Shown: piece after piece, positions 1 to 11,740 of the stretch
How the letters are laid out: the number at the start of each line of letters is the position of its first letter
How positions within the stretch are numbered: the first letter of the stretch is position 1
Assembly: GCA_964016885.1 (NCBI GenBank)
Contig: OZ024742.1
Location: 24,800,001 to 24,864,000, forward strand
Direction of reading: 5' to 3'
DNA: 64,000 nucleotides
From: Eledone cirrhosa
Taxonomy: Eukaryota
Translations under genes and position numbers: made by a program
Notes under the pieces: model-generated
The model's database searches: none
Told to the model about the DNA's origin: nothing
The model's input: the letters and a program-made list of their open reading frames with translations, nothing else

Positions 1-1124
1 ACCTTACTGTTCCACCACCATGTTACTCTCCTCCTGCCTATAGGCCTGCTCCAGCCACAGACTTCGTCTGCCGCCATCAGCAGGTTTGCTTTCAGCAATT
101 CCCACTGTTCCTCTATATTGTACGACTCTAAATGCTCTTCCTTACTGTCGAAAGCATCAAGTAATATGCTTTGAAATTTATTTCTGGCTGTGGGGTCCTT
201 TAGCTTCCATATTTTTCTCCTGAGGATAGTCCTCTTCTGCTGTCGAGTACGTCTCGTCCTGACTATGAGGTCGCTAATTATCAGTCTATGTTGGGAGCTG
301 CATTCTTCATGGGGGAGGGATTTAGTATTTACAACAGACACTCTGTCACGTCTTCTGGTAAGGATATAATCTACCTGGCTGGTATGTTCCCCTGATCTGT
401 AGGTGATCAAGTAATTGTCTCGTTTTTTGAAGTTAGTGTTACAGATAGTTAGGTTATTTACGTTACAGAATTCCAGGATTCTGGAGCCTTCCTCATTTCT
501 AGTACCAAACCCATAGCCTCCCTGGATTCCATCATAGCCGTCACAATGTTGTTCAACGTGACCATTTAGGTTGCCAGCAATAATTATATAGTCACTGTCG
601 ATTATTTGGGAGGTAGTGAGCATCAGTGTCTCATAGAAACTGTCTTTTATAGCGCCAGGCAGTCCGGATTGGGGCGCGTATGCAGATATTATCGTCACAG
701 TAGTTCTATTTAGAACAAGTCTTATTTTAATTATTCTGTCGTTTACTCTATTTACGTCTATTATCTTATCCACCCATTTTTCTGCTAACATGATTCCTAC
801 CCACCTACCCAGCCCTTTGTCATTTCCCACCCAGAAAACCTTATAGCATCGTTTTTTACCCACAATTAATCTAGCAGACCCGCCCCTCCACCTGGTCTCT
901 TGGATACAGCAAACATCAACCTCCTTACGTTCAAGCATTTCTACAACCTCGTTAGAGCGGCCTTTTAAGGTGCCTACATTCATGGTACCAACTCTGAAGT
1001 TTTGGATTGCGTTTGGTGGGTGGGGTGCAGGGAGGGGTGAGGTGGATGGGGTTGGGGTTATGTTGGTCATCCGCGGCCGCAACAAAGAGGGGGGGGGGGG
1101 GCTTGCCCTTTCGTCCGGCAGCAT
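1..1124 (-). mobile_element. RTE-clade LINE, 5' part of ORF (APE-type endonuclease domain), open to the window edge
   Basis: Manual minus-strand translation from ATG 1124 has no stop down to base 1: ...FRVGTMNVGTLKGRSNEVVEMLERKEVDVCCIQETRWRGG...IISAYAPQSG...IIAGNLNGHV...ITYRSGEHTSQVDYIL...SQHRLII...CGWS...VTWWWNSK. It is colinear with the 17765 ORF. It is absent from the ORF track, probably because it has no stop in the window. Confidence 0.93.
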
Positions 1125-2734
1125 GAGGTGAATTTGTCGTTATCTTTGGCATTGTCTTCGGGTGTCCAGATTCTTCAGACTCTCCAGAAATTCCCTAGTT
1201 CATCCATCATATCGAAAAGCAACCAGAAGTGATAGCATAGGCCGTTGACTTGTGATTGGTCCAAATAATAAGGTGGAGAGTGGGGGCGAGAGAGAGGGGT
1301 ACGGGGTAGTTTGCGAGGAGCAGACTTATTTATATTTGGTTGGCAGGGAGTGAGAGGGAGTGAGAGAGTGACTTATATGATAGAGAGAGGGTGGGGGTTG
1401 AGAGGCGATTTTAGCCGGCCGAGAGAGAGAGGCCATTTCTATGAATCCTGGAAAAATTTTATCGGCCAAAATGGTTGCGGGAATATTATTTAGAACAACG
1501 TGGAGAAGATTTTTAGAACAGTGAGACAGAATTATAGAAGGACAATTAAGAATACGATTTTTTTTTATTCTGGGGTATTATAGATATATAGATGAATGAA
1601 CCGAAGGGTGGGGAGTTGAGAAGAAAATGAAATATGTCCAAATTTTAAATTGTGTGACTTTGAGCAGGATATTTTATTTCTCGTCGCTCATTCTATCAGG
1701 AATTGCGACCAGTAGATAGTACCAGCAATTGGAAAGACCAATGGAAAGAGTGTTTCTTTGGTCTGATCTGACAAGTTCCACCCTACTCAGAATATAAATG
1801 AGGTCCGGGATCTTGTAGATTTGGTTAAAAAAAAAATGTTTTACATTATGGTATTGAGTGCTCATTCTTGTGTCAGTCAATACTAAGCATAAACATATGT
1901 ATATAAACACTTGGATTGGAAAGTTTAACAAATATTTATCATGTTATCAGTAAAGACAACTTTATATTAGCTTCAATAATGGAAGAGTTTATGTCTCCAA
2001 AATATTTTACATCCAAACTTTACGTTAACTGACTTAACAAAAACACCAAAAATCCTTATTGAATTTTAGTAGAGGTCAAATTGGTTTTATTTCCCATGTG
2101 ACCTGAGGAAAACTGGTGATATTTTGAGATAATCTGATAGAAAGAGATGCGACGAGAAATGGCTAGCTTTAACTTTCATTTGTATTACATTTGTTCCTAT
2201 TAGGATAATTTAATTTTTAAACATTTGGTGTCTGTAAAACAAGAGAGGAAATTTGGCGTATATTTAAATAAAAGTAATGTAGCATCAAAGTTTCATTTGA
2301 TCTGGGAGTCGCATAAGCATTCACAATCACACATACATATATATAGATATAAACACATACATATATATATGAATATAAACACTGATGGATTTATACAAGT
2401 ATATGATTTATATGTGTGTATTTATATATAAAGGTTTTAATACACATTGACACACACCTATGTATTTATATATACACACACATATATACATATATGCACA
2501 CACAAATATTTAACCAAAAATGATACACATAAATTTACACAGAATTATATATATACATATATATATACATACACACACATAAACACACAAATAGAAGTGG
2601 GGTAATGAGTTGGCAGAAGTATTAGAACATCAGACAAAATGCTTTGCAAAATACTTTGGCTGCTTGTTCAACTAATGTTGAGGACAATGTTGTTTTACAT
2701 TCTTCTGAGATCAATAAATATGATTCTGTTCTTC

Positions 2735-3010
2735 TGGAGTCACATGGCCCAGAGGTAAGTGTATTGGACTTATGATCATAATGTTGTGGGTTCGATTCCT
2801 AGAATGGGATGTGTGTTGTGTTCTTGAGCAAAACACTTAATTTCCAGTTGCTCCAGTATCCTCAACTGAAAAGGAGTACCAGCAATATCTGGGGTGGGGT
2901 GGGGTTGTTGTTAACCCTGTGATTGACTGGTGTGCTGTCCAGTGGGGAGTCTTGTGTTCTCAGTTACTTCACATCATGGAAACCAGCATAAACACTGGCT
3001 TTAGACAGAC
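2735..3010 (+). mobile_element. tRNA-derived SINE (CORE-like central segment)
   Basis: tRNA-like head (tggcccagaggtaag...gggttcgattcc), then gttgtgttcttgagcaaaacactt...gttgctccagt and ccctgtgattgactgg...gtccag. Homologous to 10045-10298 (-) and 36968-37245 (+). Confidence 0.75.
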
Positions 3011-3189
3011 TTTTGACTGTTTATTTTTTTCAGTTCTAGACTGGTGGACCTGAGAAATTGGTAGAGTGTTAGACAGGATGCCTTGTGGCATCTATTCTAC
3101 TTGCTAGCAATCAGAGTTCAAATCTCAGTAAAGCTTTCTTGAGTAATACACTTAATCATTTGTCTAGTTTAACATCTCTTAGACCAACA

Positions 3190-3319
3190 CAACTCTGGAT
3201 GTCGGTGAGCATGTCCAGCTAACCTCAATCTCCTCTGTGTCACTTTTGAGCTGACTTTTGGGAGGCTCCCATACAGCTCTGAGTTTTTCATCCTCAGTGT
3301 ATACTGATTAATGTTCAGA
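3190..3319 (-). mobile_element. 130-bp internal LINE fragment, near-identical to 7978-8107
   Basis: caactctggatgt...actgattaatgttcaga aligns without gaps to 7978-8107; I count 3 mismatches. Confidence 0.9.
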
Positions 3320-4659
3320 TGGCAAGATAGTTAATAATTTTGTGAGTGTTTGCCAAGTCAGTTGCCAGACGTTAGAGCTTCAATGTATCCATGCCCAGGG
3401 AAGCAAGGCCTTCAGAGTATGATAGATGGTAGATGTTTGTGTGTGTGTTTATGAATGTATATCTATATTTGTATATGACAGCCCATCTAACCTATGTAGT
3501 CATGAAAAGTAGAAGTTAAATGGTGCTTATGATGGTATATTGAATTAAATTTGTTAAAGTTTTTCTGGATCTATGTCCTCTCATATCAAATTTTGCCAAG
3601 GTCAAATCTTGCTTTGTATCCTTTTGGGGCTCAATGTAAAAAGGGACCAGTCGAGAGAAGTGGATTGGCAGGATTATTAATATATTGAACTTGATGTCTT
3701 CTATTTTAAATCCCATTACGGCTTATTTAGAAGGTAGAGTTCAACTGTTGCTTAGTTTAACACAGCCACTTGTACTTTGGGTGTCTTTAGCAGGGACTAC
3801 ACTTTTGGAAGAATTTGGACAAACGTTTCTTGTTTCAGGATATTTTCCTTCTTTCTAGACACCAGGCATGAAGGCCTTGGAAATTCTCATTACTCTTGTT
3901 CTTCCTTCCCTCCTTCCCTCACTAAATTTAAGATGTTCCAAGAATTTGTCCTTCAGTTCAGCTACAATTACTATTAAAGGTGAGACGATAATCTTACTTT
4001 TTAAGCCTAAAGAATAACAGCAGCTTATATCTTTTGTTTCAAACATGAACCTGTTCAATACAATAGAAGGTACAGGTAGGTGTAGGAGAAGGGTGCAGAT
4101 TATGTTCCCAGTAAATACTTTGGAGTTGAGTTATTAAATGATTGCTTAATCTCCTCTATCCCACCTTCTCCTTCATACTAGCTAATGCTATTCAGGATTT
4201 CCTATAAAAAATCAAAAAAATCTTTCTTCCTCAACAAAGGTATTATTTGTGTATTTACAAGCAGCAACAATGGTTGAATGAGTTACCACCTACTGTTGTT
4301 GTTGTTGTTTTCCTCTTTATGCTTTGTCCCTTCATAATCCTCAACCACATCCCACTATTATATTATCTTTCAGTTATTTACTGCCTTTTCTGTTGTTTTC
4401 GTTTTATCCAACACTTTGTGAAATCACTCTCCTCGTCATCATAAACAACAGAGATATTCAAAGTGAGAGTCCTCTCCATTTTATCTGTATTCAATAGCAG
4501 TGACACAATCAATTGTATATGTGTATTTAAAGTACTTTTCTATGTTAAATCATTGAGTCTTTGCAGCAGAGGAAACACAGACAGTAATAACAAAATAGAT
4601 TGACAAAAGAATACCAGAAATCCCCAGAAACAATCTGCAATCTCCTGAGTGAAAGGGAA

Positions 4660-5200
4660 ATATATATATATATGTATGTATATATATATATGTGTATATA
4701 TGTATGTATGTATGTATATGTATGTATGTATGTATGTATGTATGCATGTGTATGTATGTATATGTATGCATGTGCATGCATGTGCATGTACATATATATG
4801 TATGTGTATATGTATGGACATATGTATGTGTATGTCTATATATATATGAGGGTGAGCTGCAGAGAGAGAGGGGGGTGAGGAGAGAGAATGATTTCAAGAA
4901 AAGGATAAGAACTTCTTATTGAATCTGGGAAATTTAAAACATGTTGCAAACTGTTTGTTAACAGATTAGCATATGAGAAGGAATTTTCTTACTAAACTAC
5001 ATCAACTGCAGAATCTTTTCGATATACATGTGTGTACCCACACACACATATACATGTGTGTACGATATACATGTGTGTACACACACACACATATATATAT
5101 GTATATATACACACACACATATATATGTATATATATACAAACCTCTCACTCACATATTTGTATATATCTTACATGCACACAAATACATACATACATACAT

Positions 5201-5252
<52 letters not shown>

Positions 5253-5290
5253 CCTGGTCTGACTGTACATTCATTCATACTCTACCCACT
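4660..5290. repeat. Compound (TA)n/(TATG)n/(CA)n microsatellites
   Basis: Simple repeats at about 4660-4850 and 5025-5290. Confidence 0.9.
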
Positions 5291-5967
5291 CCAAACACAC
5301 ACACACACCAATGCTCTTTAGCAACTGCACCCCACATCTCCTTCTATCGTAGATGACTCTTAAACCCTTTATTCCTTTAAATCTTCACCACACCTGTCAT
5401 AGCTATTTAGTAGCTATTCTCACCCTGTACCCTCTCTTCAACTCTATCATTTATCACACACACATCTTGTCCCCCTAGTGCTTGTATCATGATAAAATAT
5501 ACCCAGACCATTCTGTAAAATGTTAGTGCCTGTGCAAGAATAAAATGCACACAGTCCATGATATAAAGTGGTAGTGCTGGTGTTATAAAATATACCCAGC
5601 CTACACTGGCAAGTGGTAGTGCTGTAGGCATGATAAAATGCTCCTAGAACATCGCTATATATCTATATGTATATCTTTTCATTTGAATTATATATATATA
5701 TATATAAATACACAGGTAAACATATACACATATGCATATAATACAACTCAAATATTTGGATCCCTACTTTAAATCTTCACTATGGAACTGGATTTATTCG
5801 AGCATTATTTGTTTTTATTGGTCCATCTGTACACTCCTTCAGATGATTGGTCCTTTCATTGCTTTTTACGTCATAAACACACACACAGTTACACATATAT
5901 ACACATGTATATTTACATATTATATGCATATATAAACCTATATATAAATATGTATATATACATATTG

Positions 5968-6437
5968 TCATCATCGTTTAACATCCATTTTCCACGTTAG
6001 CATGGGTAAGATGTGATGCCCCATAGTGAGAGATCCATGTCAGAGAACAGTGTTTTGCTATCACAGAACTGATTTTGGCTTGGTCTCTATGGCTGGATGC
6101 CCTTCCTAATGCCAACTACATTGTGTAATGGGTGCTTTTTGTTGAGACACCTATATGACCACTTTACAGTGAGGGCTGGGTGCTTTTTGTCATTACACCT
6201 ATACAACCACTCTACAGTGTGTACTGGGTAATTTTTGTCGTGACACCTACATGACCACTTTACAGTGAGGGCTGGGTGGTTTTTGTCATGACACATACAT
6301 GACGAGTTTACAGTGAGGGCTAAGTGTTTTTTGTCGTGACACCTACATGACCACTTTACAGTGAGGGCTGGGTGGTTTTTGTCGTGACACCCCATGACCA
6401 CTTTACAGTGAGGGTTGGGTGCTTTTTGCCATTACAC
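5968..6437 (-). mobile_element. RTE-type 3' end with an expanded 48-bp minisatellite (about 7 copies)
   Basis: catcatc tail, ttccacgttagcatgggt stem-loop and ggctggatgcccttcctaa, followed by tandem tgacacctacatgaccactttacagtgagggctgggtggtttttgtcg units starting at 6241, 6289, 6337 and 6385. Confidence 0.8.
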
Positions 6438-6460
6438 ATTCCCATATAAATTTTAATTAT

Positions 6461-6570
6461 TATGAAGATACTGTTCTAGTTTTAGATAGTTAAATTTATT
6501 TAATAATTATTAATTGTTAAATAATGATGTAATAAATTGAAATGTCGAAAAGCAGAACAGTATCTTCATA
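6461..6570. mobile_element. Possible 110-bp MITE with 17-bp terminal inverted repeats
   Basis: tatgaagatactgttct (6461-6477) is the exact reverse complement of agaacagtatcttcata (6554-6570); the interior is AT-rich. Confidence 0.5.
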
Positions 6571-7217
6571 TCTATCAACATACCAATCGTCCACTGGGTA
6601 CCAGACTATATGATCCACGACACAACTTAGTTACAACTGATGTAGAGTGCTTAAGTTGAATTATACCATATTCTTTGATTCTGCCATTCTGGTAATAGAA
6701 TACAACACTGACAATCAACTAACACTGATATTACGACAATTATATATATACATATATATACATATATATATACATATAGACACACACACACACACATAAT
6801 ATATGTGCATATATACAAATATTTTTGTATGTACATACATTTCCTTTATCAGTTTTCTTAGTGAAAAATACAATAGTGTTTCAAATAATTTGTTACCAAA
6901 TACACCTTACAAAGTGCAATATATATATATATACACACACGTGTGTACATATACATATGTACACTCTTTTAATCTCCTCATGTATCAGTTACAAATTTAA
7001 TAATTAACTTTGCTTTCAAATTTATATATACATACATATACATATATACATGCATGCATATATATATATAGTAGTAGTAGTTTCAGCAGATTTGATTGAA
7101 ATTCAACAACATTTGCTTTGTTTATTTGCTCATAAATGTTCAGTTGTGTTATTGACAGCAATTTAGTTAAAGATAAACATAAAATAATTTGCATATAAAT
7201 TATAAAAGCCCTCTTCT

Positions 7218-7266
<49 letters not shown>

Positions 7267-7634
7267 CACATATATATATATATATAGTGGCCACCTCAAT
7301 AAGTTTACTGTCTGAATCACATCAAAACATGAAAGCTTGTGTGAATGGTAAATTACCATTAATGTTTGTCAATAGAAAATAATCATGTAATTATGTGACA
7401 TTGATTATAATGAATAATATTGAAGAATATCTATTCTATGTAATAATATTTACATGTATAGTGTATTATAATAATTCTATATAGCTGGCAGGAGACAATA
7501 AACTGAGAGCTGAACATTCATGTATGTTTATATAATACATGTATGCATATATATAGTCTCACAAACATGCACACACAAATACACACTCACACACACACAT
7601 ATATATATATATATTTAGACATATGTGACCACAT

Positions 7635-7762
7635 TATCATCATCATGATCATCATTCTTTAGCATCCCTGTTCTATGCTAGTATGGGTTGGCTAGATCCT
7701 TTTCAGTGCAGCTTCTCACCACATTACATCTTCCTTTGTCATCTCCTTTGTGAGCTTTAGCG
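7635..7762 (-). mobile_element. Degraded RTE 3' end fragment
   Basis: (CAT)n tail plus ttctatgctagtatgggtt motif; the adjacent sequence resembles 35760-35830. Confidence 0.6.
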
Positions 7763-7799
7763 TGAATGTGTATATATCTATCTATCTAAGGCAGGTAAA

Positions 7800-8556
7800 A
7801 TTCCCGAGATCCATGGACGAGTTCTCTCCAGCGGTCTCAGTTCCTCATTATCGCTGCTATGTCCTGCGTCTCCAACAGACCAGTGTCTGTCCTTAGGGCA
7901 TCAACATACATTAACATTGGTCTTCCTATTCCAGTGTGTCCATGTAGGGGCTCCCACAGGAGCACTGAGTGCAATGTCAACTCTGGATGTTGGTGAGCAT
8001 GTCCAGCTAACCTCAGTCTCCTCTGTGTCACTTTTGAGCTGACTTTTGGGAAGCTCCCATACAGCTCTGAGTTTTTCATCCTCAGTGTATACTGATTAAT
8101 GTTCAGAGCCATCCTCAGCATTCTCATGTAGCACCCATCCACCATCTGAGTGAGTTTCTTGGTCAGTGTCCAAGTCTCAGACCCGTACAGCAGCACAGAC
8201 TCCACTACAGCAATGAAGAGGCGGATTTTCGATCTTTATGAAGGTCCGACTTCCACCCCGATCTCAAGCTGTGGCACACCGCCCAGACTTTGCTCTTCCT
8301 CTCAACCACATCATCTTCCGTATTCTCAATCTTTGCTCCCAAATACAGGAAGCTCGCAACCAATTCTAGCGGCTTCTCGCCTACATTAGTGATCCCCTCT
8401 GGCTTCTCAACATTATCTACCAGATATTTTGTTTTAGTCTCATTCATTCTCAACACCACACTCATCGACACAGTCTCAACCTCCCGCATCAAATCCTCTG
8501 CCTCCTTCACTGTATTTGTCACCAAAACTATGTCATCAGCAAATTCAGCATCTGAT
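7800..8556 (-). pseudogene. 5'-truncated non-LTR retrotransposon RT C-terminal region (RTE-like, a different family from 17765)
   Basis: Minus-strand EFADDIVLV, MNETKTKYL, SFLYLG, ESVLLYGSETWTL, QRRLRLAGH and GRP motifs, with a frameshift near 8205-8230. Confidence 0.9.
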
Positions 8557-8597
8557 ACCTTTTACCTTTTGCATATATATATATATATATATATTGC

Positions 8598-8633
<36 letters not shown>

Positions 8634-8719
8634 GTAAAAGGTAAACAGAAATAACAACACAATCGGTACAGTATATGGAAGGAATATATTAGGTTAACAC
8701 TTGATATAGCAGGAAGAGG

Positions 8720-8757
8720 TTCTTAACGTTTCGGACACTAGTCCTTCATCAGAAGAA
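8720..8757 (-). ncRNA. Minimal type I hammerhead ribozyme motif (Penelope-like element associated type)
   Basis: Minus strand reads TTCTT-CTGATGA-A-GGAC-TAGT-GTCC-GAAA-CG-TT-AAGAA: stem I TTCTT/AAGAA, conserved core, 4-bp stem II and a palindromic AACGTT stem III. Confidence 0.72.
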
Positions 8758-8829
8758 AGAATGAGAAATAAAATAGATTGGAAGAATCAAATAGCATAAT
8801 TGCTTCTTCTATGTTATTACCTTATGTGG

Positions 8830-8950
8830 TTAGTTTTGCCTTTCACCCTTACGGGGTTGATAAAATAAAACACCAGTAATACACTGGGATCAATTTAATC
8901 GACTTTCCACTTCCCTAAATTTGCTGGCCTTGTGCTTAAAGTAGAAACAC
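8830..8950 (+). mobile_element. SINE fragment (gcctttcatcctt..gataaaataaagtaccag family)
   Basis: Homologous to 17395-17555 and to the minus-strand copies at 15462-15985, 17620-17748 and 33810-33988. Confidence 0.7.
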
Positions 8951-9149
8951 TTATTAAAGCAGTTAACCCTTATTGAGAAATAAAGCTTCAATGTTTCAAT
9001 ATCATTCACCCCAGTCGTTAGTACATTTCTATATCTTGGCTCACCTTCAACTATTTTATGACACGTTTGTTCTTTCATCTAGGTATTCTTTATCTTAATC
9101 CTGCTCCATTCTGAGTATATTGCTTCTTCACATCATAGTGTCATTGTGA

Positions 9150-9710
9150 AAGCACATGGTTTAGTGGTTAGGGAATCGGATTCGAAACTGTGAGGTGGCG
9201 AGTTTGATTTTCTGACTGGGCGATGTGTCATGTCCTTGAGCGAGACACTTTATTTCATGTTGCTCTTTCTATTAGGAGTTACAGCCAGTAGATAGTATGA
9301 GCAATGTAAACAGTAGTTCCTTGGTCTGATTTGATGAGTTCCAGCTCACTTAGTAAGTGCGGTCTGGGATCTTGTTGATCATTTCCATTATCACAGAGGT
9401 GCATGGCTTAGTGGTTAGAGAGTTTGGCTCATGTCTATAACATTATGATCTTGACTCCTGGTGTTGTGTTGTTTTGTGTCCTTCTACGAGACATTTTCTT
9501 TCACATTCCTCCAGTCTGCTAACAAAAATGATTTGTATTTCTGATTCAATAGTCTAGCCTTGTCACAAACTTTCTGACGTAATGTCTGAGAATTTTGTTA
9601 AATTTACATGGTTGTTGCATTCTCAGTCACTGGCTCATTAATTTCATGAGCAGCCATTTCTATTGATGAAACAATTGTGGCATTCCTCATCTGAGCTGAT
9701 GGCGGTTTAA
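9150..9710 (+). mobile_element. Two tandem degraded tRNA-derived SINEs (heads at about 9150 and 9397)
   Basis: catggtttagtggttaggg and catggcttagtggttagag heads with gtccttgagcgagacactttatttc-type segments. 9280-9380 matches 1700-1820 and 9550-9670 matches 24665-24790. Confidence 0.65.
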
Positions 9711-9869
9711 CACACAACACATAACTAGACAGATCAACCTACAATTATTAATATATTACAGTAGTGGAAATTGACTTATGAAAATGGCTCCAAGATATTT
9801 GAACTCCTCCACTGACTTCAGTGGAACTCAATTCTCATGCAGAGTGCACTGCATGGATTGTGGTTAACA

Positions 9870-10600
9870 AAAGAAGTTAACAATGTTGAGGTTAATAAGA
9901 TACAAGTTAACAAGTTAGAGATTAGTGGATTATAGTTTAATGGGGTAGCTAGCAGTTGGTATGTTGAGTTAATGGGGTTGAAGTTAATGAGAGAAGTCAA
10001 AAAGATAGACTAATGAGTCAGAGGTGAATGCAACAAAGTCTTTTTTGAGACCAAAGTCACTTCAGATTGGTGTTTATTCCAGTTTCTGTGGCGTTAAGCA
10101 ACTGAGTATACTCAACTCCCCATGGACAGGATGCCAGTCCATTACAGGGTTAATTGCCCTGCAATTGCTGGTACTTATTTTTAGTGGAGTATATTGGAAC
10201 AATGGGAAATAAAATGTTTTGCTCCAGAACACAACACACAACCAAGTCTCAGACAATATCATCATAAATTAAACACACTTACCGCTAGGCCACATGGCTC
10301 TACAAAGGCTAATTAGTTACATGGTAATGGATTAGAAGCTAATGAGTCAGAGGTAAATGAGATAGAGGCAACGAGTCAGAGATGAACATAAAAGAGGTTA
10401 ACATAAGAGGCTAACTATAGAAGTTAATAAGATATAAGTTAATGAGTTAGAAATCAATGGATTAGAGGTTACCGAGTCAGGTTAATAAGGTAGAAGTTAA
10501 TTAGAGAAGGCAATAAGATAGAAGCTTACGTGTCAGGTTAATGAGACAAAGGCTAATTGGTTAGACAGTTAATAAATTTGTGGCTAATGAGTCAAAGATT
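9870..10600. repeat. Old degenerate short-period minisatellite (gaggttaatgagtta-like), interrupted by a SINE
   Basis: Recurring gaggttaa / agttaatgag / gctaatgagtcagagg motifs on both sides of the SINE at 10045-10298. Confidence 0.55.
10045..10298 (-). mobile_element. tRNA-derived SINE
   Basis: Minus strand gtggcctagcggtaag head, gttgtgttctggagcaaaaca, ccctgtaatggactggcatcctgtcca; same family as 2735 and 36968. Confidence 0.75.
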
Positions 10601-10649
10601 GAAGGCCAAACATTTATTTTTAGGCTAAAAGGAGAGATTATGACATGTC

Positions 10650-10935
10650 AGGCTTCTGTCTGCTACCGGTACCATGTAACCCAGTGCAACCTGCTTCATG
10701 GTCGAGTGGTCACCGACTAAACAGACTTCTCTACCAGATACTAGTCTGGTAAGGAGGGTAAGTTGAATTACAACATTACAAAAAGCGAGCTATTAAAAGG
10801 GTAGATGAACTCCTCAGAGTCAACGACCATCCGTCCCAACTATGAGTTAAATAGCTTCACCAACCCATAATTAGCCAAGTGTGATGAGTACGACTACATC
10901 CCTGAAGATGTGTCCAACATCAACCAGGAAGGGAT
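10650..10935 (+). repeat. Unclassified dispersed repeat, copy A
   Basis: Aligns to the reverse complement of 11465-11740 (aacccagt-caacctgcttcat, ctaccagat, tcagagtc-acg-ccatcc, gttaaatagc-tcaccaaccca). Confidence 0.75.
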
Positions 10936-11137
10936 TTCTCTATTATGCTTCTTCTTTAAAATGGTCAGTTTTGTTTTAGAGAAAAGACAGTTTTGGGCAG
11001 GGTAGTATCAAAAGGATTAAAGTAGTTGTGGAGATGAGAGGAAATTAAAAGTTGTCATAACTAGAAATGTTATAGATTTAAATCGGAAGTCGCAGACTTC
11101 AATGATGCAATAACACAAATTATTAAAAGAAAATATA

Positions 11138-11366
11138 TTAACATTTTATCATTTAGATTACTCTATATTTACTATTGTATTTTTACAATAAAAGTTTTAT
11201 CTCACATAATTGTCTCACATAATATCAAATTTATGAAATTTTGATATTATTTATTTTGAGAACTATACCTTAACATAAGTATGAGTGGCCAGTTATTGCC
11301 AGTTTGAACAGAAAGAGGTGAGAGAATTCTGGCTGGGTGCAGCTGGTTTTAATGCTAAAGGGTTAA
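11138..11366. mobile_element. piggyBac-like MITE (TTAA-flanked)
   Basis: Right end aatgctaaaggg-TTAA and degenerate left end TTAA-cattttatcatttagattactcta; the interior is homologous to 24198-24392. Confidence 0.72.
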
Positions 11367-11464
11367 TCTAACACATTTAGTGCATCCAAATATTCAAACA
11401 TTTTTCATATTCATTCCAATCCAGGGCTTTCTTACTCCTGTAAGAAACAACATTCTGGTTGACC

Positions 11465-11740
11465 TTTACTATTTTGTTTGGTGTCGGTCATGTCAGGGCT
11501 GTAGCTGTACTTACCTCAATTGACCAATTGTGGGTTGGTGAGGCTATTTAACACATATTTGGGGTGGATGGCCGTAGACTCTGAAGAATTCACTTCTCCT
11601 TTAACTGCTCTTGTTTTTTTTTGTGCTGCTTGTGTTCCATCAGACCAAGATCTGGTAGGAGAGCTAGTTTAGTTGTCAACCATTTGACAATGAAGCAGGT
11701 TGTACTGGGTTGTGTGTTACTAGTAGCAGGTGGAAGCTGA
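11465..11740 (-). repeat. Unclassified dispersed repeat, copy B (inverted relative to 10650-10935)
   Basis: Reverse-complement alignment to copy A. Confidence 0.75.

Noticed and set aside
952-1152. 66-aa ORF as a separate gene or ORF1
   Set aside because: It overlaps the real RTE ORF in another frame and shows no recognisable domain.
4540-7359. [12 protein letters not shown] ORFs (also at 12-14 kb, 16 kb, 21-22 kb and 35-36 kb)
   Set aside because: Translations of dinucleotide microsatellites.
11509-11518. Perfect minus-strand splice donor GAG/GTAAGT
   Set aside because: It lies within a dispersed repeat copy and I found no convincing coding exon upstream.
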